Shown: positions 1-10,100 of the stretch, one piece after another
How the letters are laid out: each line of letters opens with the position of its first letter
Numbering within the stretch: position 1 is the first letter of the stretch
IMG/VR virus record: IMGVR_UViG_3300010938_000950
Span: 1 to 64,000 of that record
DNA: 64,000 nt
Strand: one strand, 5' to 3'
Notes under the pieces: model-generated
Databases searched by the model: none
The model's input: the letters and a program-made list of their open reading frames with translations, nothing else
Told to the model about the DNA's origin: nothing
Program-made: the position numbers and the translations under genes

Positions 1-741
1 AATAAATCTGATTTTGAAACAAATTTCAAGCCATTTGCTAACCAACCATTAACCCCTAATAGTAACGTTATATTAGGATATACAACATCAGTTGGAAGTG
101 CATTAACTGTAATGAGAGCAACTGCTTATTTGGAACAAACTACTAATGCACAACGTTCTATACTATCTAGTGATACTAATGACACATCAGCAGGCACAGG
201 AGCTAGAACAGTTAAAATTACTTACTACGATCAAACAATGCTAGGACCATTTACTGAAATTGTAACGATGAATGGAACAACTCCAGTTAATACGGTTGCA
301 ACCAATATTTGTTTTATCGAAAAAATAGAAACTAATACTGTTGGAAGCCAGCTAAATAATGTAGGTACAATAACTTTGAAAGCCGCATCTGGTGGAGGGG
401 GTTCTACAATTGGAACTATTGCTCCGGGAGATGGTACTACGTATTGGTGTCATCACTATGTGGGGTCTAATAAAGTATTTCAATTAGTATCATTAATTGG
501 TTCAATTGATGGAATTAATAGTGGGGTATTAGAAGTTCATCGTACTACACCTACGATTGCTAATACTCCGGAAACAACCATTTCTCCAAAACTAAGGATA
601 ACACCAAATGCAACTGGTGAGTTAACATTTAATGTTCCAATTAGAGTTGCTGGTCCGGCTCTTGTAACTGTATATGGACGCTCTGACGCTTCCAGTGGTA
701 ATTTAGATTGGTTCTCTAAAATTGGATTTTATGAGGGATAA
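1..741 (+). CDS. Hypothetical protein, paralog 1 of tandem trio (5'-truncated by window)
   Basis: Frame open from base 1 (NKSDFETNFK...) into track ORF 112..741; shares RATxY...GTGxRxVxITYYD...NGTTxV...TVATNI...WxHHYV with next two ORFs. Confidence 0.85.
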   Translation, partial: NKSDFETNFKPFANQPLTPNSNVILGYTTSVGSALTVMRATAYLEQTTNAQRSILSSDTNDTSAGTGARTVKITYYDQTMLGPFTEIVTMNGTTPVNTVATNICFIEKIETNTVGSQLNNVGTITLKAASGGGGSTIGTIAPGDGTTYWCHHYVGSNKVFQLVSLIGSIDGINSGVLEVHRTTPTIANTPETTISPKLRITPNATGELTFNVPIRVAGPALVTVYGRSDASSGNLDWFSKIGFYEG

Positions 742-1575
742 ATGCCTGTAAACGATAGACCCATAGAAAATACAATTTTATATAAAGAAGATGGTACGGC
801 TGTTTTAGTAGGTAGCCGAGGAGAAATTTATACTTCTGATTTATCCATTGCAGTTGGTCGTGGTTTAGCTACTGGAACATCTGGTATGGCTAAAGGATAT
901 GCATCTGTAAGCTCTACTGCTATTGTGCCGGTTAGAGCTACCACTTATACAGAACCAACATCCGCTGCTGCCCGTGAATTAATTTCTTCTAGTACACAAG
1001 ATGATGCAACTCCAGGAGGCACAGGAACTCGAAGAGTAAGAATTACATACTATGACAACAATATGTTGGGGCCATATATTGAAGATATTGATCTAAATGG
1101 TACTACGGCCGTTACTACCGTAGCTACAAATATCAGGTTTATAGAAAAAATGGAAAGTTTAATTGTCGGGTCCAACGGAACTAATGTGGGCACTATTACG
1201 ATACGAAATACGGGAGCAGGAGCTACTATCGGAACTATCGCAGCAAGTGACGGGTGTACGCATTGGGCACATCATTATGTAGCAGATGGCTACACTTCAT
1301 TTATTCAATCGCTAACCACAGGCATTATCGACAATGGATTGTTAGGATCTATTAGTTGTAGTATGTTTTTGCGCGCAGCTCTTCCTCTTACTGCAAACTC
1401 TTTTGAAAAGCAAATTACATTTTCATTTAGACAGCAAGGAAATCAGCCATCACAAACTCATAATGTTGTTAATGGCTTATGGGTTAGAGGTCCGGCCAGA
1501 ATAACTCTTTATGCCCGTGATGACAATACTACTGCTGGTACTGTGCACGGCGGCTTTACTTTCTATGATGTATAA
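742..1575 (+). CDS. Hypothetical protein, paralog 2 of tandem trio
   Basis: 277 aa ORF starting immediately after upstream TAA; same conserved core as neighbours. Confidence 0.85.
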   Translation: MPVNDRPIENTILYKEDGTAVLVGSRGEIYTSDLSIAVGRGLATGTSGMAKGYASVSSTAIVPVRATTYTEPTSAAARELISSSTQDDATPGGTGTRRVRITYYDNNMLGPYIEDIDLNGTTAVTTVATNIRFIEKMESLIVGSNGTNVGTITIRNTGAGATIGTIAASDGCTHWAHHYVADGYTSFIQSLTTGIIDNGLLGSISCSMFLRAALPLTANSFEKQITFSFRQQGNQPSQTHNVVNGLWVRGPARITLYARDDNTTAGTVHGGFTFYDV

Positions 1576-1584
1576 GGTGGTTTG

Positions 1585-2316
1585 ATGTCTATTATGTCTA
1601 TAAATTTAGGACAAGCAATTGCAAAAGATATAATTATCAACGGCATTAATGATACTGTAGCCGCCTATGTTGTAACTGCCAGCACTACACCCACTGTCCT
1701 ACGAGCAACGGTATATACTGAACCTTCTTCTGCTCAACAAATGAGATTAGTATCTAGTAGCACCAGTGATTCATCTGCCGGCACAGGATCAAGAACTGTT
1801 AGGATAACTTATTATGACGGCTCCATGAATGGTCCTTTCACTGAAGATTTAACTATGAACGGTACTACGCCCGTTAATACAGTGGCCACAAATATCAGAT
1901 TTATAGAAAGTATTGTATCACTAACTATTGGATCTAATGGTACAAACGTAGGAACGATATCATTACAAAATACTGCAGGATCACAAACATTTGGTACTAT
2001 TGCAGCAGGAGATGGTAGAACTTATTGGGGACATCATTATGTTGGTGTTGATAGGAAGTGTTTTATTGAAAGATTAATTCTTGGATGTACCGGAAATAAT
2101 GGTCTAGTTATGTTAAGATCAACATCAGTACTAACTGCTGATTCTTTTGATAGACAATTTACCTCAGCTATACGTGTAGTTAATGCGCAGCCATCACAAG
2201 TTTATGATATGAATCCAATATATATCAACGGTCCATGCAGATTAACTTTGTATTGGGACGCCGATAGTGCTACTGCAGCAACATGTTATGCAACAATGAT
2301 TATTGTTGATGCGTAA
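1585..2316 (+). CDS. Hypothetical protein, paralog 3 of tandem trio
   Basis: AAGGTGG Shine-Dalgarno at 1574-1580 before ATG 1585 (track uses TTG 1582); same conserved core. Confidence 0.85.
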   Translation: MSIMSINLGQAIAKDIIINGINDTVAAYVVTASTTPTVLRATVYTEPSSAQQMRLVSSSTSDSSAGTGSRTVRITYYDGSMNGPFTEDLTMNGTTPVNTVATNIRFIESIVSLTIGSNGTNVGTISLQNTAGSQTFGTIAAGDGRTYWGHHYVGVDRKCFIERLILGCTGNNGLVMLRSTSVLTADSFDRQFTSAIRVVNAQPSQVYDMNPIYINGPCRLTLYWDADSATAATCYATMIIVDA

Positions 2317-2371
2317 TTTATTGATACTATCATTATTGAAACATATAATTTGAGAAAGAGAACACACAACT

Positions 2372-3307
2372 ATGCCAAAGGGGAATAACATGGTAGTAAA
2401 TGCATTAACTAATCGTCCGGTTCCACCAAATTCAAACATGAACCGTGCAATGTTTGTTTGGGTAACCGCAACCGCATCTCAAGATCCGCTAGATACCGAT
2501 AATGATCAGCAAGCACTCTTAAATTTCTGTGGCACTAACGGTGTTAACGTAATCTTCTTAGATATGTGGAGATATTTGGGCGGAGCAAACTGGACTAACG
2601 CTAAGCGTGATAGAATTAAGCTTTTCAATGATGCTGCTCACCGCTCTGGTATTAAAGTATATGCTCTTTGTGGTGATTTGGGTTGGGGAACTCTCCAACA
2701 ATGGGTTCTAAAGAATATTTTAAACCCAATTCAAGCATACAACTCTATGTGCACTAAGACTTCTGAACAGTTTGATGGAATTATGTTAGATGTTGAATAT
2801 TGGACAGATGAAGTCAACTATCCAGCAGCAACACATCTTCCAGGTTTCTGTGATTTAGTAAAAGCTATGCGTACTGCATCAGATGGTGAACTAGCTATTG
2901 GATGCTTTGCTGGTTTCTTTTTGAAGGACAGCTCTGGTACTCGTACACTAATTGATTATAACGGCAAATTAGCTCAAGATGGCGAACACATGATGGATGT
3001 TTGTGACTTCGTTGTTGTTGGTGCTTATCGTGATCACGCCAATGATAATGGTACTGATGGTCCTGGTCAAATTACTTTGTTCCAGCCATGGTATGATTAC
3101 GCAGCTAACCAAGGTAAGAATTTTGGATTGTATTGCGGATCTGAAACCATTAACGTAACCCCAACTTACATTACGTATTTTGGTGCTACTAAGGCCGCAA
3201 TGGAAGCTGAGCACACCTTGATTTCCAACACTTTCAAAGTTGAAACTAATTCTGTTTTCTTAGGACAAGCAGTTCACAGCTATGATGGCTGGAAAGCAAT
3301 GACCTAA
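2372..3307 (+). CDS. Putative TIM-barrel glycoside hydrolase-like protein
   Basis: NGVNVIFL...AAHRSGIKVYAL...FDGIMLDVEYW pattern typical of GH-like (beta/alpha)8 folds; alternative start ATG 2390 with AAGGGG SD. Confidence 0.5.
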   Translation: MPKGNNMVVNALTNRPVPPNSNMNRAMFVWVTATASQDPLDTDNDQQALLNFCGTNGVNVIFLDMWRYLGGANWTNAKRDRIKLFNDAAHRSGIKVYALCGDLGWGTLQQWVLKNILNPIQAYNSMCTKTSEQFDGIMLDVEYWTDEVNYPAATHLPGFCDLVKAMRTASDGELAIGCFAGFFLKDSSGTRTLIDYNGKLAQDGEHMMDVCDFVVVGAYRDHANDNGTDGPGQITLFQPWYDYAANQGKNFGLYCGSETINVTPTYITYFGATKAAMEAEHTLISNTFKVETNSVFLGQAVHSYDGWKAMT

Positions 3308-3332
3308 TCAGTTTTAAATATCAATTAATATA

Positions 3333-3360
3333 GAAAACGGCGCTTTTAGGCGCCGTTTTC
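3333..3360. terminator. Rho-independent terminator-like hairpin
   Basis: Perfect 11 bp inverted repeat GAAAACGGCGC-ttttag-GCGCCGTTTTC just after stop at 3307. Confidence 0.8.
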
Positions 3361-3417
3361 ATTTGTATCTTACTATTCCGATATATCTTTTAAGGGGGCT
3401 ACATTTAGTGAGGTTTA

Positions 3418-4278
3418 ATGCGAGCACTAGTTCTATCTGGCGGAGGATCTAAAGGAGCTTATCAGGTAGGTGCGCTCGAATACATATTAGGAGAAAAACG
3501 CGTAGTTTACGATGCTTTTTGTGGAGTCAGTGTTGGCGCAATCAATGCAGCGTTTCTTTCTATGTATAAATCAGGTGAAGAGCTGGATGCCATTCTTCAT
3601 CTTTCAGAAATGTGGTCAAAATTAGATAATTCTAAAATATACAAGCGTTGGTTTCCTTTTGGTCGTTGGCATGCTATTTGGAAGAAGAGCTTTTTTGATA
3701 GTTCTCCATTGCATGACCTTTTAAAAAGCGGAATCAGCTTACAAAAAATTAGAGAAAGTGGTAAACGGGTCAATGTAGGTGTGGTTTCTCTTAGTTCTGG
3801 TAAATATACTATTTTTGATCAAACTTCTGAGCATTTTATTGATGCTGTTATTGCTTCGGCATCATTCCCAGGCATGTTAACGCCTGTAAGTTTTTTAGGG
3901 CAATTATGGACTGATGGTGGAGTTAAAGAAATATCACCTATTAAGAAAGCTGTAGAGCTTGGGGCGGACATTATTGATGTAATTATCACTAATCCTCAGA
4001 CGAGAGCTAAGAAATTTATTGAAAATCCCACTACTGTAGATGTTTTAAAGCGAAGTTTAGACCTTTCTACTGATAAAATTATGGCAAATGATATTGAAAA
4101 GGTAGAAATGTACAATATTTTAGCTCAAAATGGCTTAACTGAGAAGAAATATGTGCAACTTAATATTGTTCGTCCCGATCTTAACCTAATTGAAGATTTA
4201 TTGGATTTTAGACAAGAAAAAATACAGGAAATGATGGAGAAAGGGTATAATGATGCGAAGAACAAGTACATAATGTAA
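3418..4278 (+). CDS. Patatin-like phospholipase
   Basis: GGGSKG glycine loop, GVSVG nucleophile elbow, DGG catalytic Asp motif, ASASFPG motif. Confidence 0.93.
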   Translation: MRALVLSGGGSKGAYQVGALEYILGEKRVVYDAFCGVSVGAINAAFLSMYKSGEELDAILHLSEMWSKLDNSKIYKRWFPFGRWHAIWKKSFFDSSPLHDLLKSGISLQKIRESGKRVNVGVVSLSSGKYTIFDQTSEHFIDAVIASASFPGMLTPVSFLGQLWTDGGVKEISPIKKAVELGADIIDVIITNPQTRAKKFIENPTTVDVLKRSLDLSTDKIMANDIEKVEMYNILAQNGLTEKKYVQLNIVRPDLNLIEDLLDFRQEKIQEMMEKGYNDAKNKYIM

Positions 4279-4308
4279 TAATTCTACATACTAGTACGAG
4301 GTATTTCG

Positions 4309-4665
4309 ATGAGTTTTCCTTACGACCGCTCTAATAATCCAAGAGGACCAATCCAATACGGTAAAGATTTTAATTTCTTTAGGAACGTTACTCCAAGCTC
4401 ATCTGGATCTGGTGTTTTTGCCGCCAATTGTGATATAGTTATTACTTTTCCAACATATACAGTTACTTTTTGGATGGGCTCTGGTTTAGGCGCTGGTACT
4501 GTACAATATTCTTTCAATGGGACCGATATTCATGGTACTTTAGACAGTACAGGAAGTACTGCTCCAGCTACTTTAACTTTTGAAAATAGACAACTTTCTA
4601 AGATTTGGTTTTCAACGATTTCAGGAACTCCAGTTGTTCGTGTCGAGGCTTGGGGCACCCGTTGA
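4309..4665 (+). CDS. Hypothetical protein (small beta-rich)
   Basis: 118 aa ORF with GAGG SD; no recognised motif. Confidence 0.7.
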   Translation: MSFPYDRSNNPRGPIQYGKDFNFFRNVTPSSSGSGVFAANCDIVITFPTYTVTFWMGSGLGAGTVQYSFNGTDIHGTLDSTGSTAPATLTFENRQLSKIWFSTISGTPVVRVEAWGTR

Positions 4666-4683
4666 TCTGATATAAGTAAGTGC

Positions 4684-5001
4684 ATGAGTAAGTTGATCAA
4701 AAATAAATGTGAAATAGAATCTTGTAATGTTACGGACCCTAAGCTACTAGAATTGCATCACATTATAGAAAGAACGGAGTTAAACACGACCAATCATGAT
4801 TTTAATCTAGCGATTTTATGCGCTAATTGTCATGCAATGACTCATACTGGTCGTCTTAAAATTATCGGTGTTTATCCATCTACACTGCCCCCAAATGGAA
4901 GAACTCTTATCTATGAATTAGATGGAAAACGAAACATCGAAGGTATCGATAGGCCATATATAGAATTCAAAAATAAATCCTTCAAAATCAGGAGTAAGTA
5001 A
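4684..5001 (+). CDS. HNH endonuclease
   Basis: CEIESC...LELHHII...NLAILCANCHAMTH: CxxxxC, HH, N, CxxCH motifs. Confidence 0.88.
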   Translation: MSKLIKNKCEIESCNVTDPKLLELHHIIERTELNTTNHDFNLAILCANCHAMTHTGRLKIIGVYPSTLPPNGRTLIYELDGKRNIEGIDRPYIEFKNKSFKIRSK

Positions 5002-5361
5002 ATGAGTAAGTTAATTGGTTCATCTAAATTTCATATGGATACTACTAATCCGGATGATGTAAGTAGTAGAGTTACTGATGAGAAGGAAACTCGTAAGAAA
5101 TTTTTAACAGTTTCTAGGTGGGCGGGACGCGAAAGAGATATGCTAATACTCTTTGCTAAGTTTGACAAACTTCAAAGAGAAACCAATGATCCAGAAAAGC
5201 AAAAAGATATTGCTAAAATTGGAGCTGTTGAAGTGTACAAACTATTGGGCGAATGTTTTGCTTCATTAAAATCAAGCGGCGCCCTTGCTATTCCAGGTTT
5301 GGACTCTCATATGGGAGAACTTTGGGTGGATGGCGAGTTAGTATATAAGGACAAGAAATGA
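5002..5361 (+). CDS. Hypothetical protein
   Basis: 119 aa ORF abutting HNH stop, ATGA overlap with next gene. Confidence 0.7.
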   Translation: MSKLIGSSKFHMDTTNPDDVSSRVTDEKETRKKFLTVSRWAGRERDMLILFAKFDKLQRETNDPEKQKDIAKIGAVEVYKLLGECFASLKSSGALAIPGLDSHMGELWVDGELVYKDKK

Positions 5362-5591
5362 CCGACGAAAAGTTTTATGGCGAAGTATTATGGTTTGATC
5401 CTAAACGCGGTTTTGGTTTCATTGGATGGGAAAAAGAAGGCGTCAAACAAAAAGACATGTTTGTACACTTCTCTGATATTTCCTGTGAAGGATTCAAAAC
5501 GCTCTACAAACACCAAAAGGTATCTTTCGGACTCGGTGTTAACAAACACGGCACTCCAAAAGCTGTTAATGTGGAAATAATGAAGAACTAA
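5358..5591 (+). CDS. csp: Cold-shock domain protein
   Basis: GEVLWFDPKRGFGFI (RNP1) and DMFVHFSDI (RNP2), GFKTL, KAVNV. Confidence 0.95.
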   Translation: MTDEKFYGEVLWFDPKRGFGFIGWEKEGVKQKDMFVHFSDISCEGFKTLYKHQKVSFGLGVNKHGTPKAVNVEIMKN

Positions 5592-5903
5592 TTACTTCTT
5601 CAAGAAAATCTGAATAATTTGTGCTACTAAAGCCAATAGTCCAGTAACGAATAGTACTTGAATTTTAAATAACTCTTTGGAAGTTTCTTCTGATTTTTCC
5701 AAAATCTTATCTAATTTCTCTTCAATTTGTTCTTGGGATTTTTGGTTATCATTAAGTAAGCCAATGATCTCTTCATTCTGATCGGCTACTGCTGTTTCAA
5801 TTTCTACAGCTTTACGATTCACTTCTAGAATGATCTCTAAATCCCTTTTATTGAGCCGTTCGGCCAACGGGATGATTCTATCCTTGTCTTTGTCAATAGG
5901 CAT
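5592..5903 (-). CDS. Coiled-coil protein with C-terminal membrane anchor
   Basis: E/K/N-rich heptads then hydrophobic IQVLFVTGLLALVAQIIQIFL; TAATG coupling with upstream minus-strand gene. Confidence 0.7.
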   Translation of the reverse strand: MPIDKDKDRIIPLAERLNKRDLEIILEVNRKAVEIETAVADQNEEIIGLLNDNQKSQEQIEEKLDKILEKSEETSKELFKIQVLFVTGLLALVAQIIQIFLKK

Positions 5904-6100
5904 TAGCCCCCAGATTTTTGAGTGGTTTTCTTACTCTTTTTCTTGCCTTTCCTGTCTTTAATTTTGACAATTGTGGCTTCACACTTGTCATTCAACTTCT
6001 TATAATCTTCAACTATTGAAGACTCAACCTCTTCAAGTTGTTCTTTCTCTGTTGTAATAATTTGATCGATTACGTTAGCCAACCGTTTGCGAGAATGCAT
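5903..6100 (-). CDS. Small basic hypothetical protein
   Basis: 65 aa, Lys-rich C-terminus, packed between two minus-strand ORFs. Confidence 0.6.
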   Translation of the reverse strand: MHSRKRLANVIDQIITTEKEQLEEVESSIVEDYKKLNDKCEATIVKIKDRKGKKKSKKTTQKSGG

Positions 6101-6102
6101 AG

Positions 6103-6531
6103 TTACACCTTCTTAGGGGGATTGACAACACTTCTCTGGATATCAATTTCAACCAGATCGGCGTTCTCTTTAGCGAAAATTTCATCTTGCTTTTTCTGGT
6201 CTTCCTCTGAAACTTTAAGCTCATCGTATTCTTGTTCCTCAATTTGAAAAAGAGAACGCATTCTGTCAGGAATAATGGCACCATATACAATTGGTACTTT
6301 ATTCTTTTCCGGATCAGGAGGCGGAATATGTCTTACTACAATTTTATCTCTCTTTTTAAATAGAGAACCAGATTCTTTTGATTTTAGAAGTTGCTCTAAT
6401 GTATATTTATAGTGCTTTTTATCCAATAGATTAACAGTGGAGAATGCCTTGATATTCAAGGCTAAATCTGCCAGCGTTACATTCATTGCTGATACATTAG
6501 TTACCCAAAAGGTTTGCTCTTTAGTTTTCAT
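6103..6531 (-). CDS. Hypothetical protein
   Basis: 142 aa ORF heading a 3-gene minus-strand operon, divergent from 6621. Confidence 0.75.
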   Translation of the reverse strand: MKTKEQTFWVTNVSAMNVTLADLALNIKAFSTVNLLDKKHYKYTLEQLLKSKESGSLFKKRDKIVVRHIPPPDPEKNKVPIVYGAIIPDRMRSLFQIEEQEYDELKVSEEDQKKQDEIFAKENADLVEIDIQRSVVNPPKKV

Positions 6532-6620
6532 AATTTACTCATTAATGCTTATATATTGATAAATTGGAGCTATACTACTATTTGAGTATTTATACAGCGT
6601 TAGCAAATTAGGGAGAAAAT

Positions 6621-7085
6621 ATGAGTAAAACCAATACTTGGGAGAGCGACCTTTTAAAACTTGTATTTAATAATACTACTGCGTCTTTAATTGGTGACGC
6701 TACCGGGTTGGTTGGTTCAAGCACGGCCGGTGTTTTATATGTAAGTTTACATACGGCAGATCCTGGTGAAGGAGGGGATCAGACAACCAATGAAGTTTTA
6801 GTTTCTAATTATACTGGGTATGCTAGAGTAGCAGTTGCCCGTACAACAGGCGGGTGGACAGTTACTACAGTAGATGTTGGCCCTTCCACTGTCACTAATG
6901 CTAGCCAGGTAAATTTCCCACAATGTACTGCTGGTACTAGCACTATTACACATGTAGGCGTAGGTACAAGCTCATCAGGCGCTGGTAAACTATTGTATAA
7001 AGGTGCTTTAGCATCTTCTTTGGCTGTGTCTCAAAATATTACTCCAAGTTTTGCGGCAGGTACTTTGGTAATTACTGAAGCATAA
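6621..7085 (+). CDS. Phage virion structural protein (fibre-associated family)
   Basis: LYVSLHTADPGEGGDQTTNE...YTGYARVAVART..GWTV...VNFP motif recalled from small virion proteins that precede fibre genes; GGGAG SD. Confidence 0.75.
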   Translation: MSKTNTWESDLLKLVFNNTTASLIGDATGLVGSSTAGVLYVSLHTADPGEGGDQTTNEVLVSNYTGYARVAVARTTGGWTVTTVDVGPSTVTNASQVNFPQCTAGTSTITHVGVGTSSSGAGKLLYKGALASSLAVSQNITPSFAAGTLVITEA

Positions 7086-7105
7086 TTAATTAATGTGGAG
7101 ATGAG

Positions 7106-10100
7106 ATGGCTGAACAGTTTGCAAATAATGCAGCCTCCACATTAAATGGAGCAATTAACAATTCTACTACCACCATTGTCGTAGCTACTGGTGAAGGATC
7201 CCGTTTTCCTTCAGTTGGTAACTTTAGATTAATGATTGGTTTAGATCCATTTACTGCGGAAATAGTTTTAGCCACTGCTCGTTCTGGTGACACTATCACA
7301 GTTGTTCGTGGACAAGAGGGGACTTCAGCCCAATCGTGGGGTAATGGCACTTCAGTTACCCATATTGTTACTGCTGGTGCAATTGAGCAAATTAGAACAC
7401 AATTTGTTACCTCTGGCGCTGAAATATACACCACTAATACAGTTTCAATTGATCCAAATGGAACCGTAGCTTCTTCTCATGGTGATGGCACTAGCAAACT
7501 ATATGTCAATGGCAATGTACAAGCTCTTAGATATTCTGCTGGTGAAATGGCAGCAGTTACTCAAGGTTTTGGATATGTATCCGATACTTTACAATCATTC
7601 GTTGTTCCTACTGGCGTAACTAGTCTTAAAGTAAAGATGTGGGGGCCTGGTGGTGGTACTGGCAGCTATAGTGCCTCTGGTGGAGGTGGCCCAGGTGGAT
7701 ATACGACTGGATTTCTCTCAGTAACACCAGGAGAAACACTATTATTAGCTGTTGGTAGTGGTGGTAAAAAACCAGTTTCTAGTACGGGTAATGGTGGTTT
7801 GGGAGGATGGCCCGGTGGTGGATTTGGTACTAGAGGAGATGCTTCTGGAGGCGGTGGAGGTGGTTTAACTGGAATTTTCACTAGCTCTATGACACAAGCA
7901 AATGCTCTTATGATTGCTGGTGGAGGTGGTGGATCCACAGGATTTGGTAATTTTGGTGCTGGTGGTGGAGGAGGTTTGACCGGAGGTTCTGGTACTAGCG
8001 GCTCTGGAGCTGGAGGTAGCCAAGTCGCCGGTGGTCTTGGAGGTGGCACCTTAAATACTTCTCCATCTGTTGGTACTGCGCTTGCGGGAGGAACTGCTTT
8101 TACCGATAATACTACTTCACAAACCAATGACTGTGGTGGTGGTGGCTCTGGATATTGGGGCGGCGGTGCTGGTCAAGGTGACGGCCGTGCTGGTGGAGGT
8201 GGTTCTGGTTTTATACATGCTACTCGTGTTTCTAGCGGGTCTACTACTACTGGAAATAATGCTGTAAGTGGTAACGCTCAGACACTACCGCCTAATACAA
8301 CGGATCCTAATTATATAGCGGGCGTGGGAGTTGGTGCAGCGACAGGTTTAACTGGTGTTGGTAATGATGGTGGTGATGGCTACATAGTCTTCCAATGGGG
8401 CGGCCAAACATCTATGGATTTAGATTCCATTAATTTTAGCAACGGCTCTATTATTAGTATTCCTGATAATCATGTTTCTATAGCTTCGGGAGGTGGTAAT
8501 GTTGTTTTATCTCCTGGAAGTAGCTCAATTACTTTACAAAGTGCTACTGATTTTATCTTATCTACACTTACAGATACTAGATTTGATATTAGTTCATCAC
8601 AAAAATTCAAAATGTATTCTTCAGGAGCAGTTGTTATTGGTACAGCAACCAATAATGATACGTCTGCTGAGGCTCAAGCCGGTATTACCGGACCAATAAT
8701 TAATATCAGCTCATCTACAGGATCTATAAGTACAACTACAAATCAAGCGACTATTTTTAATCAATCGGGAGCACTTTACTTACAAGGCAATACTGAAGTT
8801 AGATTTGCTACAAGTACGTCTACTAAGGGGTATTTTGATGTAAATGGTATTTTTAGAGCCGGACCAAGTGCCTCTTCTACGGCTACACTACAAGGTGCCA
8901 CATGGCCAATCACTGGTACCGATTATTTTTGGATGTATAATGCTAGTGGTAGTTCATGGGCCGAAATAGTTGCTGGTGGTTCTGTTAATAGATCAGCCAT
9001 TCAAGTTCTTAATAATGCAACTAGTAATACTTGTGGTGTATCATTATTTGGTGCGGGCACTGGACATGGCACGGCAGAATATGCTGGTAATGGAACTATT
9101 GAGCAATCTGGCAATAGTACATCAGCATTAGTATTTACGAAGAGAAATGGAACAGATGGTTTAAGTTTTGCATCAACTGGTGCTATTTGGCAATCTGGCG
9201 CTTGGACTATTGGTAGAGCAACTAATAATGATACCTCCTCAGAAGCACAGGCCGGATTAACTGGACCACTTTTAAATATTACACAAACTACTGGTGGAAC
9301 TCTTACTACAGTTGCCAATCAATCTTTATTATATAATTCTGCCGGGGTTAATATTTCACAGGGCCATTCCGGTGTAAGACAAATTGTAGGAACAACTACA
9401 ATTTTAGATACTACATCTACTGGAACTACAATTACCGGATTAGTTACTGCAACTAATAAATTTGTTGTGGGTACATCTGGGCCTACCATTACTCAGGGTA
9501 CTGGTGTTCCAGCAACATCTGAAAATAATGGATCTATCTTCTTGAGAACTGATGGTACGGCCAGTACAGGAATATATACGAGACAAGGTGGAGCTTGGTA
9601 TTCTATTAATTCAAGATACACTCCAACGGATAGTAATACTATAATTAACTGGAAGTTTGATGAAACTGCGGCCCCATATGTAAATTCTGGTTCGGGCTCG
9701 TCTCTCTCATTAACTACTTTTACTGGAACGCCAGTTAGTATAACTGGTTTATTTAACAAAGGTCTTGGGTGTTCGCTTTCAACTATTACGACTGGTAATA
9801 CCTCTGTTAATGAGCCCACTGGTAATTCATTGACCGTTTCTGCTTGGGTTAAAGCTCGTAGTTATGCAACATTTGCTACTGTTATTAATAAGGCTTATAG
9901 AAATGACAATACATGGTCATCGCCTTTCGTAGCTCTTTATTTAAGTTTAACTAATTCTGGCGATGGATCATGGGGTCCAGCAATTACTACAACCGGAGGA
10001 GTATTAACACAACCAGCAATAGGAGGCGCATTTAGGGTGCCATTACATGTTTGGACGCTATTGTCATATACATATGATGGAACAACTTTGCGCTCATATA

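Noticed and set aside
3418-4278. CBASS defence operon (patatin as CapV)
   Set aside because: No CD-NTase or Cap2/Cap3 gene adjacent
4675-5016. Two adjacent genes both starting MSKLI with AGTAAG repeats
   Set aside because: Similarity stops after about 15 nt; likely chance or a shared translation-initiation context
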